A stretch of 56,712 nt of DNA from an uncultured Candidatus Saccharibacteria bacterium (GCA_964431915.1 CAYSLI010000002.1:89503-146214); one strand, 5' to 3'; shown: positions 18,657-27,163, counted from the stretch's first letter. Notes: generated from the letters alone by a model not told the origin. Program-made: numbers and translations.

Positions 18657-18727
18657 TGCGGGGTGGTGTAATGGTAGCACCTGGGACCTTGGCTCCCAAG
18701 ATGAACGTTCGAATCGTTCCCCCGCAG
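18657..18727 (+). tRNA. tRNA-Gln(TTG)
   Basis: TGCGGGG/CCCCGCA acceptor with G discriminator; TGGGA-CC-TTG-GC-TCCCA anticodon arm; GAACG-TTCGAAT-CGTTC T arm; no encoded CCA. Confidence 0.88.
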
Positions 18728-18734
18728 CAAAATT

Positions 18735-19448
18735 ATGAAATTAACTAACAAAATTGCCTTAGTAACTGGTGGCTCAAAAGGAATTGGAAGAGCCATTGCT
18801 CAAAGGTTTATTAGAGAAGGAGCAAAGGTTATAGTTTTTGATATTGAGAAACCGAATTACGGAGTAGAATTTTATCAAGTTGATATAAGTAAAGAAGAAC
18901 AAATAGAAAAGGCGTTTGGTCAGATTAAACAATTAGATATCCTTGTAAATAATGCTGGAGTATATTTTCAGGTATCTGTAGAAGAAACCTCAAAGGAGCA
19001 GTTGGATAAAATTGTGGATATAAATTTAAAAGGAACATACCTAATGGCCAAACACGCAGTTCCCCTGATAAAGAAAACTAAAGGCAATATTATCAATATC
19101 TCGTCAGGAATAGGAGTTGCCCCTGAGCCAGAATCTCCTGCTTATTGCTCGACAAAAGCAGCAATAATAATGCTTACAAAGTGTATGGCTCAAGAATATG
19201 CATCAGAGGGAGTAAGAGTAAATGTGATATTGCCAGGACCAATAGATACCTCATTATTAAGAAATGTTTTTTCTTCAGAAAAGGAAATTGAAGAATACAA
19301 AAAGTTAAATCCAATGAAAAGAATTGGAAAACCTGAAGATGTTGCAAATATAGCAGTTTTTTTAGCTTCAGATGAAGCAAATTATATCACTGGTGGGCTA
19401 TATTCAGTTAATGGTGGAGAATCTACCTCCAGTATTTATTCAAAATAA
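18735..19448 (+). CDS. Short-chain dehydrogenase/reductase
   Basis: TGGSKGIG, LVNNAG, YCSTK (YxxxK) and VNVILPG. Confidence 0.93.
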   Translation: MKLTNKIALVTGGSKGIGRAIAQRFIREGAKVIVFDIEKPNYGVEFYQVDISKEEQIEKAFGQIKQLDILVNNAGVYFQVSVEETSKEQLDKIVDINLKGTYLMAKHAVPLIKKTKGNIINISSGIGVAPEPESPAYCSTKAAIIMLTKCMAQEYASEGVRVNVILPGPIDTSLLRNVFSSEKEIEEYKKLNPMKRIGKPEDVANIAVFLASDEANYITGGLYSVNGGESTSSIYSK

Positions 19449-19460
19449 GTCGCCGTAAGG

Positions 19461-19499
19461 AAAATCGCCAAGATGGCGATTTTTTGGTAGAATAGGAAT
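19461..19499 (+). promoter_or_regulatory. Terminator hairpin fused to extended -10 promoter of a leaderless gene
   Basis: AAAATCGCCA-AGA-TGGCGATTTT, then TGGTAGAAT (19485-93), 6 nt, ATG 19500. The same module occurs at 19944 (half), 24164, 25148 and 26621. Confidence 0.75.
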
Positions 19500-19958
19500 A
19501 TGAATAATAATTTTAACTCAGAAAATTTAGGTAAAATTTTCGATTTTTTACATAAAGTAGGAAAGTTAAAATTAACTTTCAGATTTAGTGAGGTAAAAAA
19601 CATGCCTGAAGATTTAAAAGACTCAAGTGCTGCGCATTCGTGGAGATTGGTCTTAATGGTATTTATAGTAGCTGATGAATTAAATTTGGATATAAATATA
19701 GAGCACGCCTTAGAGATTGCTATTATTCACGATATTGTAGAAGCAATTACAGGGGATATAGACCAAGTTTTAATTTTTGATGGTAAGGTATCAAAAGAAG
19801 AAAAACAAAGAAATGAAAAAGAAGCGATGGAAAAACTTAAAGAAAGCCTACCTTTAAAACTCGGAAATAAAGTATCTAATTTATGGAATGAATATGAAGG
19901 AAGCCCTACAAAAGAAGCGAAATTTGTAAAAGCACTTGATAAAGCGGTTTTTTGGTAG
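19500..19958 (+). pseudogene. HD-domain (YfbR/HDDC2-like) protein, apparently C-terminally truncated
   Basis: SSAAHSWR and IIHDIVEA..GD motifs. Ends at EAKFVKALDK|AVFW*, where the last four codons and stop come from the promoter module. Confidence 0.65.
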
Positions 19959-19967
19959 AATAAAGGA

Positions 19968-20507
19968 ATGAAAAATATAGAAATAAAAATTAGAAAATCT
20001 GTTCCTAGTGATGTATATGGGATTAGGGAGGTCCAAGAGGTAACTTGGATAAATACTTATCCAAATGATAAAGCGGGGATAACTTTAGAGGATATTAAAA
20101 GTAAATTTAAAGATGATGATACTTCAGAGGGAAGAAAAAAGATTGAAGAAAAAAAAGAAAGATACAAAGATAAGAGCAAGCGAACTTGGGTAGCAGAAGA
20201 AAAAGGGAAAATAATAGGTTTTTGTTCTGCAGGCAATGAAAAAGGGAAAGACAGAATTTTGGCGATATATGTTTTACCAGAATATCAAGGTAAAGGAATA
20301 GGAAATAGACTAATAACAAAGGTATTTAAATGGTTAAGCAATAATATGGCTATATATACAAATGTTGTTGAATACAATTTAAACGCAATAAACTTCTATA
20401 AAAGTCACGGATTTTCTGAAACAGAAAGAAAGGGAAAGTTAGATAGCGCAGCTACTTTACCTTCAGGAAAAACATTGCCTGAAATTGAACTTAAAAAATC
20501 AGTATAA
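19968..20507 (+). CDS. GNAT family N-acetyltransferase
   Basis: IYVLPEYQGKGIG acetyl-CoA motif; NAINFYKSHGF. Confidence 0.9.
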   Translation: MKNIEIKIRKSVPSDVYGIREVQEVTWINTYPNDKAGITLEDIKSKFKDDDTSEGRKKIEEKKERYKDKSKRTWVAEEKGKIIGFCSAGNEKGKDRILAIYVLPEYQGKGIGNRLITKVFKWLSNNMAIYTNVVEYNLNAINFYKSHGFSETERKGKLDSAATLPSGKTLPEIELKKSV

Positions 20508-20516
20508 CCAAGTTAT

Positions 20517-20627
20517 TCACTGTTTTGCGGTTTCAGTCAACTCCCTTATTTGTTTTAAAGCTATCTTGGGATATTTGAATACCTCTTCCCATCTCAAGGT
20601 TCTAAAATCGTCCGCTAGACCGAGCAT
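20517..20627 (-). mobile_element. Recombinase-tail / att-arm relic 1 (MLGLADDFRTLRWEEVFKYPKI...)
   Basis: Hand translation of the minus strand; L-x3-D-x2-R-T spacing as at 56665-56691; homologous to the relic at 24084. Confidence 0.6.
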
Positions 20628-20638
20628 TATAGGATGAT

Positions 20639-20666
20639 AAAAATCGCTTTTTCAGCGATTTTTTTT
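20639..20666. terminator. AAAATCGC-family hairpin terminator
   Basis: AAAAATCGCT-TTTTC-AGCGATTTTT. Confidence 0.75.
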
Positions 20667-20703
20667 AAAAGGCATTCATTATTAATTTATTGAAAGTTAT
20701 TCA

Positions 20704-21627
20704 TTAAAGCACAGGATTATTTTTGAACCAGTTAAGGATTTTTAAGGTATCAGTTTGGCGATTTTTGGAATAAAGCAAGATAATGGCAATAGGTTCTTCG
20801 TTCAAATTAAATAATGAGGCCAATGTTTGTTTAGCTTCTGGTAAATAACCGGTTTTTCCGCCAATAAATTCAGGAATTTGATAAAAATTATTGACATTTT
20901 TAAATTTGAGCAATCTTCCCGCTTGATTAGGGAGCCAAAAGTTATCATACTTGGTAGTGTTTAAAATTTCTGGATGATTTTCATAAATATAAGTTGAAAG
21001 TTTAGCGATGTCAGGGGTAGTAGACAGGTTTTTGGGATTTAATCCATGAGAGTCATAAAAAAAAGTATTGACCATATTAAGTTCTTTTGCCTTTTGATTC
21101 ATTAAAGCCAAAAATTTCCCCTTTTCTAAAAAATAAGTTAAAGATTCAGCAGCATCATTAGTTGATTGAATAAGGCTAGCCCTTAGAAGGTTTTTTGCGC
21201 TAACATTTAAACCCAAAAAAAGAGACGGGCTATATCCTAAAGGTTCAAGCATTTTTTCTGTTAAAGTTATTGTTTGGTTAATGTCAATATTTTCAAAAGC
21301 AACTACGGCAGTCATTAGTTTAGTAATAGAAGCGATGGGATATAATCGATCAATGTTTTTTTCAAAAACAACTGAATTATCAGAAAGATTTACTGCTAGA
21401 TACGATTCAGCGGTGATTTCTTTTTCTAATTTAAATTTTGAAATTAGCGCTTTAAGACGTTGAATTTCTTTTTGAAGGATTTGAATTTGCTGGATCAATC
21501 TATCTTTTTCTGTTTGGACATCTGTTTGGACAGAAGCTTCAACCGTTTTAACTCCAGAGAATAAAAAAACCAAAAAGAATATATTAAATAAAATAAAAAA
21601 GATTTTATGTTTCATTTTAAAATACAT
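20704..21627 (-). CDS. D-alanyl-D-alanine carboxypeptidase (peptidase S11) with N-terminal coiled coil
   Basis: Signal/TM helix; ASITK (SxxK), STN (SxN) and GKTG motifs. Confidence 0.9.
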   Translation of the reverse strand: MYFKMKHKIFFILFNIFFLVFLFSGVKTVEASVQTDVQTEKDRLIQQIQILQKEIQRLKALISKFKLEKEITAESYLAVNLSDNSVVFEKNIDRLYPIASITKLMTAVVAFENIDINQTITLTEKMLEPLGYSPSLFLGLNVSAKNLLRASLIQSTNDAAESLTYFLEKGKFLALMNQKAKELNMVNTFFYDSHGLNPKNLSTTPDIAKLSTYIYENHPEILNTTKYDNFWLPNQAGRLLKFKNVNNFYQIPEFIGGKTGYLPEAKQTLASLFNLNEEPIAIILLYSKNRQTDTLKILNWFKNNPVL

Positions 21628-21856
21628 TTTAATTATGTCTATTCTACCATAATATTAAAATAAAAAATAAACTTAAAAGAAATGCTATCAGTTCTAATAG
21701 ACGGTTTTTGACAAGAGCTTGATTTTTTAAAAGAATTAATATAAGATAGAATCAGTTGGGAGCCTGGATCACAAATAGGTATATTCGTTATTCCGGATGG
21801 GTAATAAATAATGCTATTTGCAACTCATGCGATTAAGAGTTGCTTTTTATTTTAAA

Positions 21857-22072
21857 ATGACTACAAAAAAACAATTTTTATCAGAACATAACAAATTATC
21901 TCCTTTAAATCTGCAAGCTACAATGGCTTTACTTTCTCGTTTTAGGATAGATAAGGCATCACTCTTTAAAAATGATGATTGGTCTATAGATAAACTCCGG
22001 AGGCCATTTATTTCATGGCTTACTTCTTTACCACAAGGAGAAAAAGAAAAAATTAAGAAGAAGAAAACATGA
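21857..22072 (+). CDS. Small hypothetical protein
   Basis: ORF MTTKKQFLSEHNKLSP...WSIDKLRRPFISWLTSL; start placed at ATG 21857. Confidence 0.6.
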   Translation: MTTKKQFLSEHNKLSPLNLQATMALLSRFRIDKASLFKNDDWSIDKLRRPFISWLTSLPQGEKEKIKKKKT

Positions 22073-22174
22073 AAATAACCCTCCCCCTTGACTTCTTGTC
22101 AACAGTAAACTATTGTAATAAAGAGAATAAAAACAGTGGTCGACTTACTTATTAATTAAGCCTTCATTTATGAA

Positions 22175-22210
22175 GGCGCAGACGAAGAAGAGGATTTTAT
22201 CCTCTTCGCC
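22175..22210 (-). repeat. GGCGAAGA...TCTTCTT repeat family copy in the RRM gene leader
   Basis: Reverse complement GGCGAAGAGGATAAAATCCTCTTCTTCG matches 41842-41876 and 35349-35383. Confidence 0.65.
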
Positions 22211-22301
22211 TATAAATAGCGTAAGGAACAATTATATTTTTAGGGATATTCTTTTACTACAAAATTATAATTCTAGAGATAATTTTCACTTCGCTCACAT
22301 T

Positions 22302-22577
22302 ATGGTAAAAAAATTATTTGTCGGTGGATTATCTTACGAGACCACCGAAGCGACTTTGAAAGAGACTTTTTCTCAGGCTGGAACTGTTGAATCGGCAATT
22401 GTGATTATCGATAAAATGTCCGGCCGTTCAAAGGGATTTGGTTTTGTTGAAATGTCTTCTGAAGAAGAAGCTCAAAAAGCCATTGAGATGTTCAATGGTA
22501 AAGAGATTGACGGAAAAAACGTTACAGTAAACGAAGCTAAGCCTTTAGAGTCTCGTCCTCAAAGAGATCGCTGGTAA
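22302..22577 (+). CDS. RNA-binding protein (RRM)
   Basis: RNP2 LFVGGL and RNP1 KGFGFVEM; start placed at ATG 22302. Confidence 0.95.
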   Translation: MVKKLFVGGLSYETTEATLKETFSQAGTVESAIVIIDKMSGRSKGFGFVEMSSEEEAQKAIEMFNGKEIDGKNVTVNEAKPLESRPQRDRW

Positions 22578-22584
22578 GAAAGTT

Positions 22585-22612
22585 GAAAAAATCCCCTTAT
22601 GGGGATTTTTTC
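22585..22612. terminator. Intrinsic terminator
   Basis: GAAAAAATCCCC-TTAT-GGGGATTTTTTC, perfect 12-bp stem. Confidence 0.85.
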
Positions 22613-22755
22613 ATTTCTGCTTGAAATTTATCGGAGCCCCGATTTTTAGGGCATTTAGGGATTGACATTTTTAATTTTAAATGCTAAATATAAAATATCC
22701 TAAAAATATAACTTTAGGATTCTGTCTATTATAATTCAAAAAAAGGAGGGAAAAG

Positions 22756-22941
22756 ATGAAAGTAGCTCATATAAAGGTAAAGGAACGAGGTAAATATCTG
22801 CGCCTGAGTATCAAGTGTCCTGACTGCGAGTATCCAAACCCGGTGAGGATAGAACACCAAGGTCAAAAGAGAGGAACAGGTGCAGAATTAAAGTGTATAG
22901 GTTGTGGAGCAACGATAACATACGACTGGGAGGATAGATAG
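22756..22941 (+). CDS. Small zinc-ribbon protein (CxxC...CxxC)
   Basis: CPDC and CIGC; AAGGAGG at 22743; TTGACA promoter at 22662. Confidence 0.7.
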   Translation: MKVAHIKVKERGKYLRLSIKCPDCEYPNPVRIEHQGQKRGTGAELKCIGCGATITYDWEDR

Positions 22942-22985
22942 CAGAACAAAGGAATTATATTTTGACAAAAAAAGCGGGCAACCTT

Positions 22986-23045
22986 CTAGTGCTCGCTTTT
23001 TATTTTTACCCCCAAACAGATTCTAACATTGTCCAGTTGGCGGAG
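22986..23045 (-). mobile_element. Recombinase-tail / att-arm relic 2 (LRQLDNVRICL...)
   Basis: CTC CGC CAA CTG GAC AAT GTT AGA ATC has the same L-x3-D-x2-R spacing. Confidence 0.55.
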
Positions 23046-23080
23046 CACTACGGGATTTTGGGAGTAAATTTCTTCCAAAA

Positions 23081-23114
23081 ATAAAAACACCTACCTTTTG
23101 GCAGGTGTTTTTAT
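23081..23114. terminator. Bidirectional terminator after pdxS
   Basis: ATAAAAACACCTACC-TTTT-GGCAGGTGTTTTTAT. Confidence 0.8.
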
Positions 23115-23120
23115 TTCACT

Positions 23121-24002
23121 TTAATTTCCTCTTTTAGCTAAACGGTCTTTGTCAGCTATAGTTCTGACATCTAAACCTGGCATAGCTTCACCTAGATTTT
23201 TAGAAACCTCAGCAATAATTTTAGGATCATTATAATGAGTCACTGCTTTAACAATTGCTTTAGCTCTTGTTCTCGGATCGCCGGATTTAAAAATGCCTGA
23301 GCCAACAAATACTCCTTCGGCACCCAGATGCATCATTAGAGCTGCGTCAGCTGGAGTGGCTATGCCGCCGGCAGCATAATTTACCAACGGAAGTTTTCCA
23401 GTTTTGTGTATTTCTTGAACTAATTCAAAAGGGGCGCCTAAATTCTTAGCTTCAGCCATAAGCTCATCTTTGGGCATATTTTTAATCTTCCGAATTTCAT
23501 CCATCACCGTTCTCATATGCCTAACTGCTTCCACCACGTTACCAGTGCCTGCTTCGCCTTTGGTGCGAATCATGGCTGCTCCTTCACCAATCCGCCTTAA
23601 GGCTTCTCCCAAGTCGCGACAGCCACAAACAAAGGGTACTCTAAAATCGTGCTTCCAGATATGGTGAGTCTCATCAGCTGGTGTTAAAACTTCTGATTCA
23701 TCTATAAAGTCTACCTCAATGGCTTCAAGCGCCTGAGCTTCAGCAAAGTGGCCTATTCGGCACTTAGCCATCACTGGAATAGTTACTGCTTTTTTAATAT
23801 CTTCAATAATAGTTGGATCAGCCATACGGGCTACTTCTCCAGCTGCTCGAATGTCAGCTGGCACTTTTTCTAATGCCATTACGGCGCAGGCTCCAGCTTC
23901 TTCAGCAATTTTAGCCTGTTCTGCATTAATCACATCCATAATTACTCCGCCCTTTAGCATCTGGGCCAAGCCGGTTTTAACTTTCCAAGTTCTTTTTTCC
24001 AT
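23121..24002 (-). CDS. pdxS: Pyridoxal 5'-phosphate synthase lyase subunit
   Basis: [47 protein letters not shown] and [10 protein letters not shown]. Confidence 0.98.
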   Translation of the reverse strand: MEKRTWKVKTGLAQMLKGGVIMDVINAEQAKIAEEAGACAVMALEKVPADIRAAGEVARMADPTIIEDIKKAVTIPVMAKCRIGHFAEAQALEAIEVDFIDESEVLTPADETHHIWKHDFRVPFVCGCRDLGEALRRIGEGAAMIRTKGEAGTGNVVEAVRHMRTVMDEIRKIKNMPKDELMAEAKNLGAPFELVQEIHKTGKLPLVNYAAGGIATPADAALMMHLGAEGVFVGSGIFKSGDPRTRAKAIVKAVTHYNDPKIIAEVSKNLGEAMPGLDVRTIADKDRLAKRGN

Positions 24003-24083
24003 TTTTTTACTCCTTTATTAAATTATTAAAGTACTAATTCTAAGTTATTAATATAATGTAATTTAAGTTATGTCAAACTCACT

Positions 24084-24158
24084 TTAATCCATAGAGATTT
24101 TGGGATAGGGTAATACCTTACCCCAATCAAAGGTTCGAAAGTTGTCCTTCCAAGCGAG
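24084..24158 (-). mobile_element. Recombinase-tail / att-arm relic 3 (LAWKDNFRTFDWGKVLPYPKISMD)
   Basis: Aligns with relic 1 over D.FRT..W..V..YPKI. Confidence 0.62.
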
Positions 24159-24163
24159 CCGTT

Positions 24164-24204
24164 AAAATCGCCAAGAAGGCGGTTTTTTGGTAGAATAAAT
24201 TAAT
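24164..24204 (+). promoter_or_regulatory. Terminator hairpin plus extended -10 leaderless module
   Basis: AAAATCGCC-AAGAA-GGCGGTTTT, TGGTAGAAT at 24188-96, ATG 8 nt later. Confidence 0.75.
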
Positions 24205-24825
24205 ATGATAAAAGCGGTAATTTTTGATATGGGCGGAGTATTGGTGGGGAGGGAATGGCAGGTAATATATAAGAAGATTGCCAAGGAATTGAAAACTTCC
24301 GAAGAAAATGTAAGAGAGATTAGCGAGCCTTTATTAAAGGAGTGGAATATAGGGAAGATTAATGAAGAAGCATTTTGGAAAGAATTTGAGAACAAAATTG
24401 GTAAAAGAGTGGACCATAAATTTACAAAAGATTTATGGTTTCGGAGTTATCAGGATTATACTAAAGATATTAATGGGTCCTGGGAGATTTTAACTGAGTT
24501 AAAAAATCGAGGAATTCGCTTAGTCCTTATCTCAAATACTATACCGCCCCATGTCCAAGCTCATATAGAAGTAGGGAGAATTGATAGACTTAAAAAAATA
24601 GGATTTAAAATTTTCCTTTGGTCCTGTGAAGTAGGCGTTCTTAAACCTAACCTAAGAATTTACGAAATTGTACTTAAGAAATTGAACCTTTTAGCCAAAG
24701 CCTGCGTTTTTGTAGATGATAAAGTTGCCAATAGTGAAGCAGCAAAGGAGTTAGGAATCTATGGAATTCATTTTCAGAGCCCGGAACAATTAAGAGAAGA
24801 ATTAATTAAGTTAGGTGTGTTATAA
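24205..24825 (+). CDS. HAD superfamily hydrolase
   Basis: FDMGGVL motif I, LISNT, KP.L and FVDD. Confidence 0.92.
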   Translation: MIKAVIFDMGGVLVGREWQVIYKKIAKELKTSEENVREISEPLLKEWNIGKINEEAFWKEFENKIGKRVDHKFTKDLWFRSYQDYTKDINGSWEILTELKNRGIRLVLISNTIPPHVQAHIEVGRIDRLKKIGFKIFLWSCEVGVLKPNLRIYEIVLKKLNLLAKACVFVDDKVANSEAAKELGIYGIHFQSPEQLREELIKLGVL

Positions 24826-24859
24826 ATAGGTTCTAGCATTGTGTTCCAAGCTGGTGGAG
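24823..24859 (-). mobile_element. Degenerate att-arm relic 4
   Basis: GCTC CAC CAG...AAT GCT AGA ACC TAT (NARTY); spacing is 4 nt longer than in relics 1-3. Confidence 0.4.
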
Positions 24860-24903
24860 CTAAGATTTGACAGGTATCGATCGCATTTTCTATAATTAAA
24901 TTG

Positions 24904-25119
24904 ATGAAAAAGAAAAATGTTACAATAGATGATTTAGCGAGAATGATCCAAAAGGGATTTTTAGAAACGGCGAAAAAATCGGAAGTTAATAAAAGATTTG
25001 ATAATGTGGAGAATCGTTTAGAACGGATAGAGAAACTTCTTATTGCCGAACATCGCCGAAGAATAGAAAAATTGGAAACCGATGTAAAAGAATTAAAAGA
25101 GCTATTGGCTGTAAAATAG
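24904..25119 (+). CDS. Small coiled-coil hypothetical protein
   Basis: VTIDDLARMIQKGF...; TTGACA and TATAAT upstream. Confidence 0.75.
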   Translation: MKKKNVTIDDLARMIQKGFLETAKKSEVNKRFDNVENRLERIEKLLIAEHRRRIEKLETDVKELKELLAVK

Positions 25120-25221
25120 TTTAAATAAGTTAGTTTTTACTTTTTACAAAAATCGCCTTTCTATTGAGGCGATTTTTTGATAGAATAGAAAAAATGAAAG
25201 TAGAAATGCCTTTTTCGCCCG

Positions 25222-25509
25222 ATGTTTAAAAAATCTAAAAATAAAGATTGGTCAGATTACGTAACCAAACATAGTTTTGCCTTGGATTTGGAAGAAGGCG
25301 TTTTTACCTGGGACGACCCGCGGAAAATCGCTAGGTCCCTTAAAAAATCAGCCGAGCTGAGCCTGAATAGGAAAGGAATGCCGTTTCAATCGGCAATGTC
25401 AATGCTTAATTTTTACATCAATCGCGCAGGGAAAAACCTATCGTTAAGACAGAAAAAAATTCTTGAGCAAGCAAAAGTTGAACTACGAAAAGCATTCAAC
25501 CGAAAGTAA
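25222..25509 (+). CDS. DUF3175 family protein
   Basis: ALDLEEGVFTW.DP..IA.SLK.SA and SAMSMLNFYINRAGKNL. Confidence 0.85.
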   Translation: MFKKSKNKDWSDYVTKHSFALDLEEGVFTWDDPRKIARSLKKSAELSLNRKGMPFQSAMSMLNFYINRAGKNLSLRQKKILEQAKVELRKAFNRK

Positions 25510-25620
25510 ATTACCAGAAAAGTGCAAAAAGTATGTATACATTATCCCAATACCTGGCTTTTTTATATAAAATAAGTTAATTAATCAAAAAATCGCCCAT
25601 CCTTTCCGGCGATTTTTAAT

Positions 25621-26589
25621 TTAGATATGGATTTCGATAATATCCTCATCCTGGAGAAGATAGTCTTTGCTAACAAATTGCGGCTTTTTAAAGTTCCTTT
25701 TAAACAACTTAGCGTACCTGAAAGAAAAAAAGAAATCCCGATGAATTTGGCTGGCTAGTTCAATCAGTCGGCTATTCTTTTTGAAGATAAAGGGATGCTC
25801 AAAATCAGGAGAAGATTTATTAGAAGATTTTGTGTATACTCTAACTATTTCAAGTAAGTCAAAAATTTCTTTTTTTAACTCTTCAATTAACCGAGCGTAG
25901 CGAAGGGTGGAGATGAACGAATGTTCATCGACTCCAGTTCCCTTTAAACAAGAGATGGCTTTTATTTTGTATTGAGATTGAATTTTTTTCAGATTTTGCT
26001 TGGATTCTTGCAAATCAACTTTGTTACCGAGAAAAAGGATTTTTTTATCAGCAATTCCCTGATCATCTAACAGCTCTTGGAGTTTTTCAATGTCTTCAGT
26101 TACATTTCCTGACGATAAATCAAAAATCGCCAAAAGCCCATCAGCTGCTTTCAAGATTCCTTTTAACCAAGGGGGCGAGCTTTTAGTTAAGGGAGGAGTA
26201 TCCACCAATTGAATTAAGATATTTTCATAAGGCATCATCGCTGGTTGGGGAATTTCGGTGGTAAAAGAATAGGGGGCAACTTTTGCTTTTGCGTTTGTTA
26301 AAGTGTTTAATAGGCTGGATTTACCGGCATTAGCCGGACCGATAATGGCTATTTGTCCTGCTCCTTCTTTTTTGATGGAATACAAACCTTCTCTTTTTGC
26401 CCTTTTTGGTTTCTGTTTCTTCAATTTAGCAATCTTCGTTTTTATGTCTCTTTGGACTTTTTCGGTTCCTTTGTGCTTTGGCACAATAGCTAATAGTTCC
26501 TCCAAGATAGAGATTTTTTCTTCTGGAGTTTTAGCTTCTTTCAGCTTTGCGGAAACAGTATAGAATTGGGGAGGTAAATTCGCCGACAT
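25621..26589 (-). CDS. OBG/DRG-like GTPase with TGS domain
   Basis: PKHKGTEK, GPANAGKS, YSFTT, DTPP, NKVD and VRVYTK. Confidence 0.88.
   Translation of the reverse strand: MSANLPPQFYTVSAKLKEAKTPEEKISILEELLAIVPKHKGTEKVQRDIKTKIAKLKKQKPKRAKREGLYSIKKEGAGQIAIIGPANAGKSSLLNTLTNAKAKVAPYSFTTEIPQPAMMPYENILIQLVDTPPLTKSSPPWLKGILKAADGLLAIFDLSSGNVTEDIEKLQELLDDQGIADKKILFLGNKVDLQESKQNLKKIQSQYKIKAISCLKGTGVDEHSFISTLRYARLIEELKKEIFDLLEIVRVYTKSSNKSSPDFEHPFIFKKNSRLIELASQIHRDFFFSFRYAKLFKRNFKKPQFVSKDYLLQDEDIIEIHI
25888..25932 (+). repeat. Repeat-family element inserted in-frame in the GTPase
   Basis: CCGAGCG..GCGAAGGGTGGAGATGAAC-GAAT-GTTCATCGAC matches 35301-35337; encodes VDEHSFISTLRYARL. Confidence 0.75.
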
Positions 26590-26693
26590 ATAAAATTATT
26601 ATAGCATATAGTAATTTTGGGTCGCCAAGGAGGCGGTTTTTTGGTAAAATGAAAGCATCAAGGTCAAAGGTAGGTAAATAATATTTTAAAAAT

Positions 26694-26915
26694 ATGGATA
26701 ACAAAACTTTAAAGAATTTAAGAGAAGATTTGATAGGAGAACTGGGAGCTATCAATCAATATCAGGAACATATAGATGAAACTGATAACGAAGAGGTTAG
26801 AAAGATTTTAGGTCATATTAGAGATGACGAAAAAGAACATTTTGCCGAGCTGACAAGGATTATCAGAAAATTAGATGAAATCCAAGAAGAGAAATTCCAA
26901 AAAGAAGAACTTTAA
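26694..26915 (+). CDS. Ferritin-like / rubrerythrin-family small protein
   Basis: ELGAINQY..H and IRDDEKEH (ExxH) di-iron-type motifs. Confidence 0.8.
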   Translation: MDNKTLKNLREDLIGELGAINQYQEHIDETDNEEVRKILGHIRDDEKEHFAELTRIIRKLDEIQEEKFQKEEL

Positions 26916-26955
26916 GTAAAGCAAATTCTAATAGTGTTGCATAGGCAGGGCCGAG
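26914..26955 (-). mobile_element. Degenerate att-arm relic 5
   Basis: AAC ACT ATT AGA ATT TGC TTT (NTIRICF) resembles relic 2 (NVRICL) and relic 4. Confidence 0.33.
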
Positions 26956-27163
26956 TTCCCGAGAGTTGTTGTCGGATTTTTGTTTTGCGGAAAATAAGTT
27001 ATAATTAAGGAATAGTTTTAATTTCGAGGTTCTGATGAAGTCAGATTCTTATAATTAAAGGATAGTTTTAATTATTAAGTCAAAGGTCGAGAATTTCTTA
27101 ATTAATATTAATCTTTCGATAGACTCAGGATGGTGAGCCTGTCGAATCATTCATTTTAAATTT

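Noticed and set aside
25525-25560. Possible sixth att-arm relic (minus strand ARYWDNVYI)
   Set aside because: Lacks the R-T and the GCT core; too weak to count.
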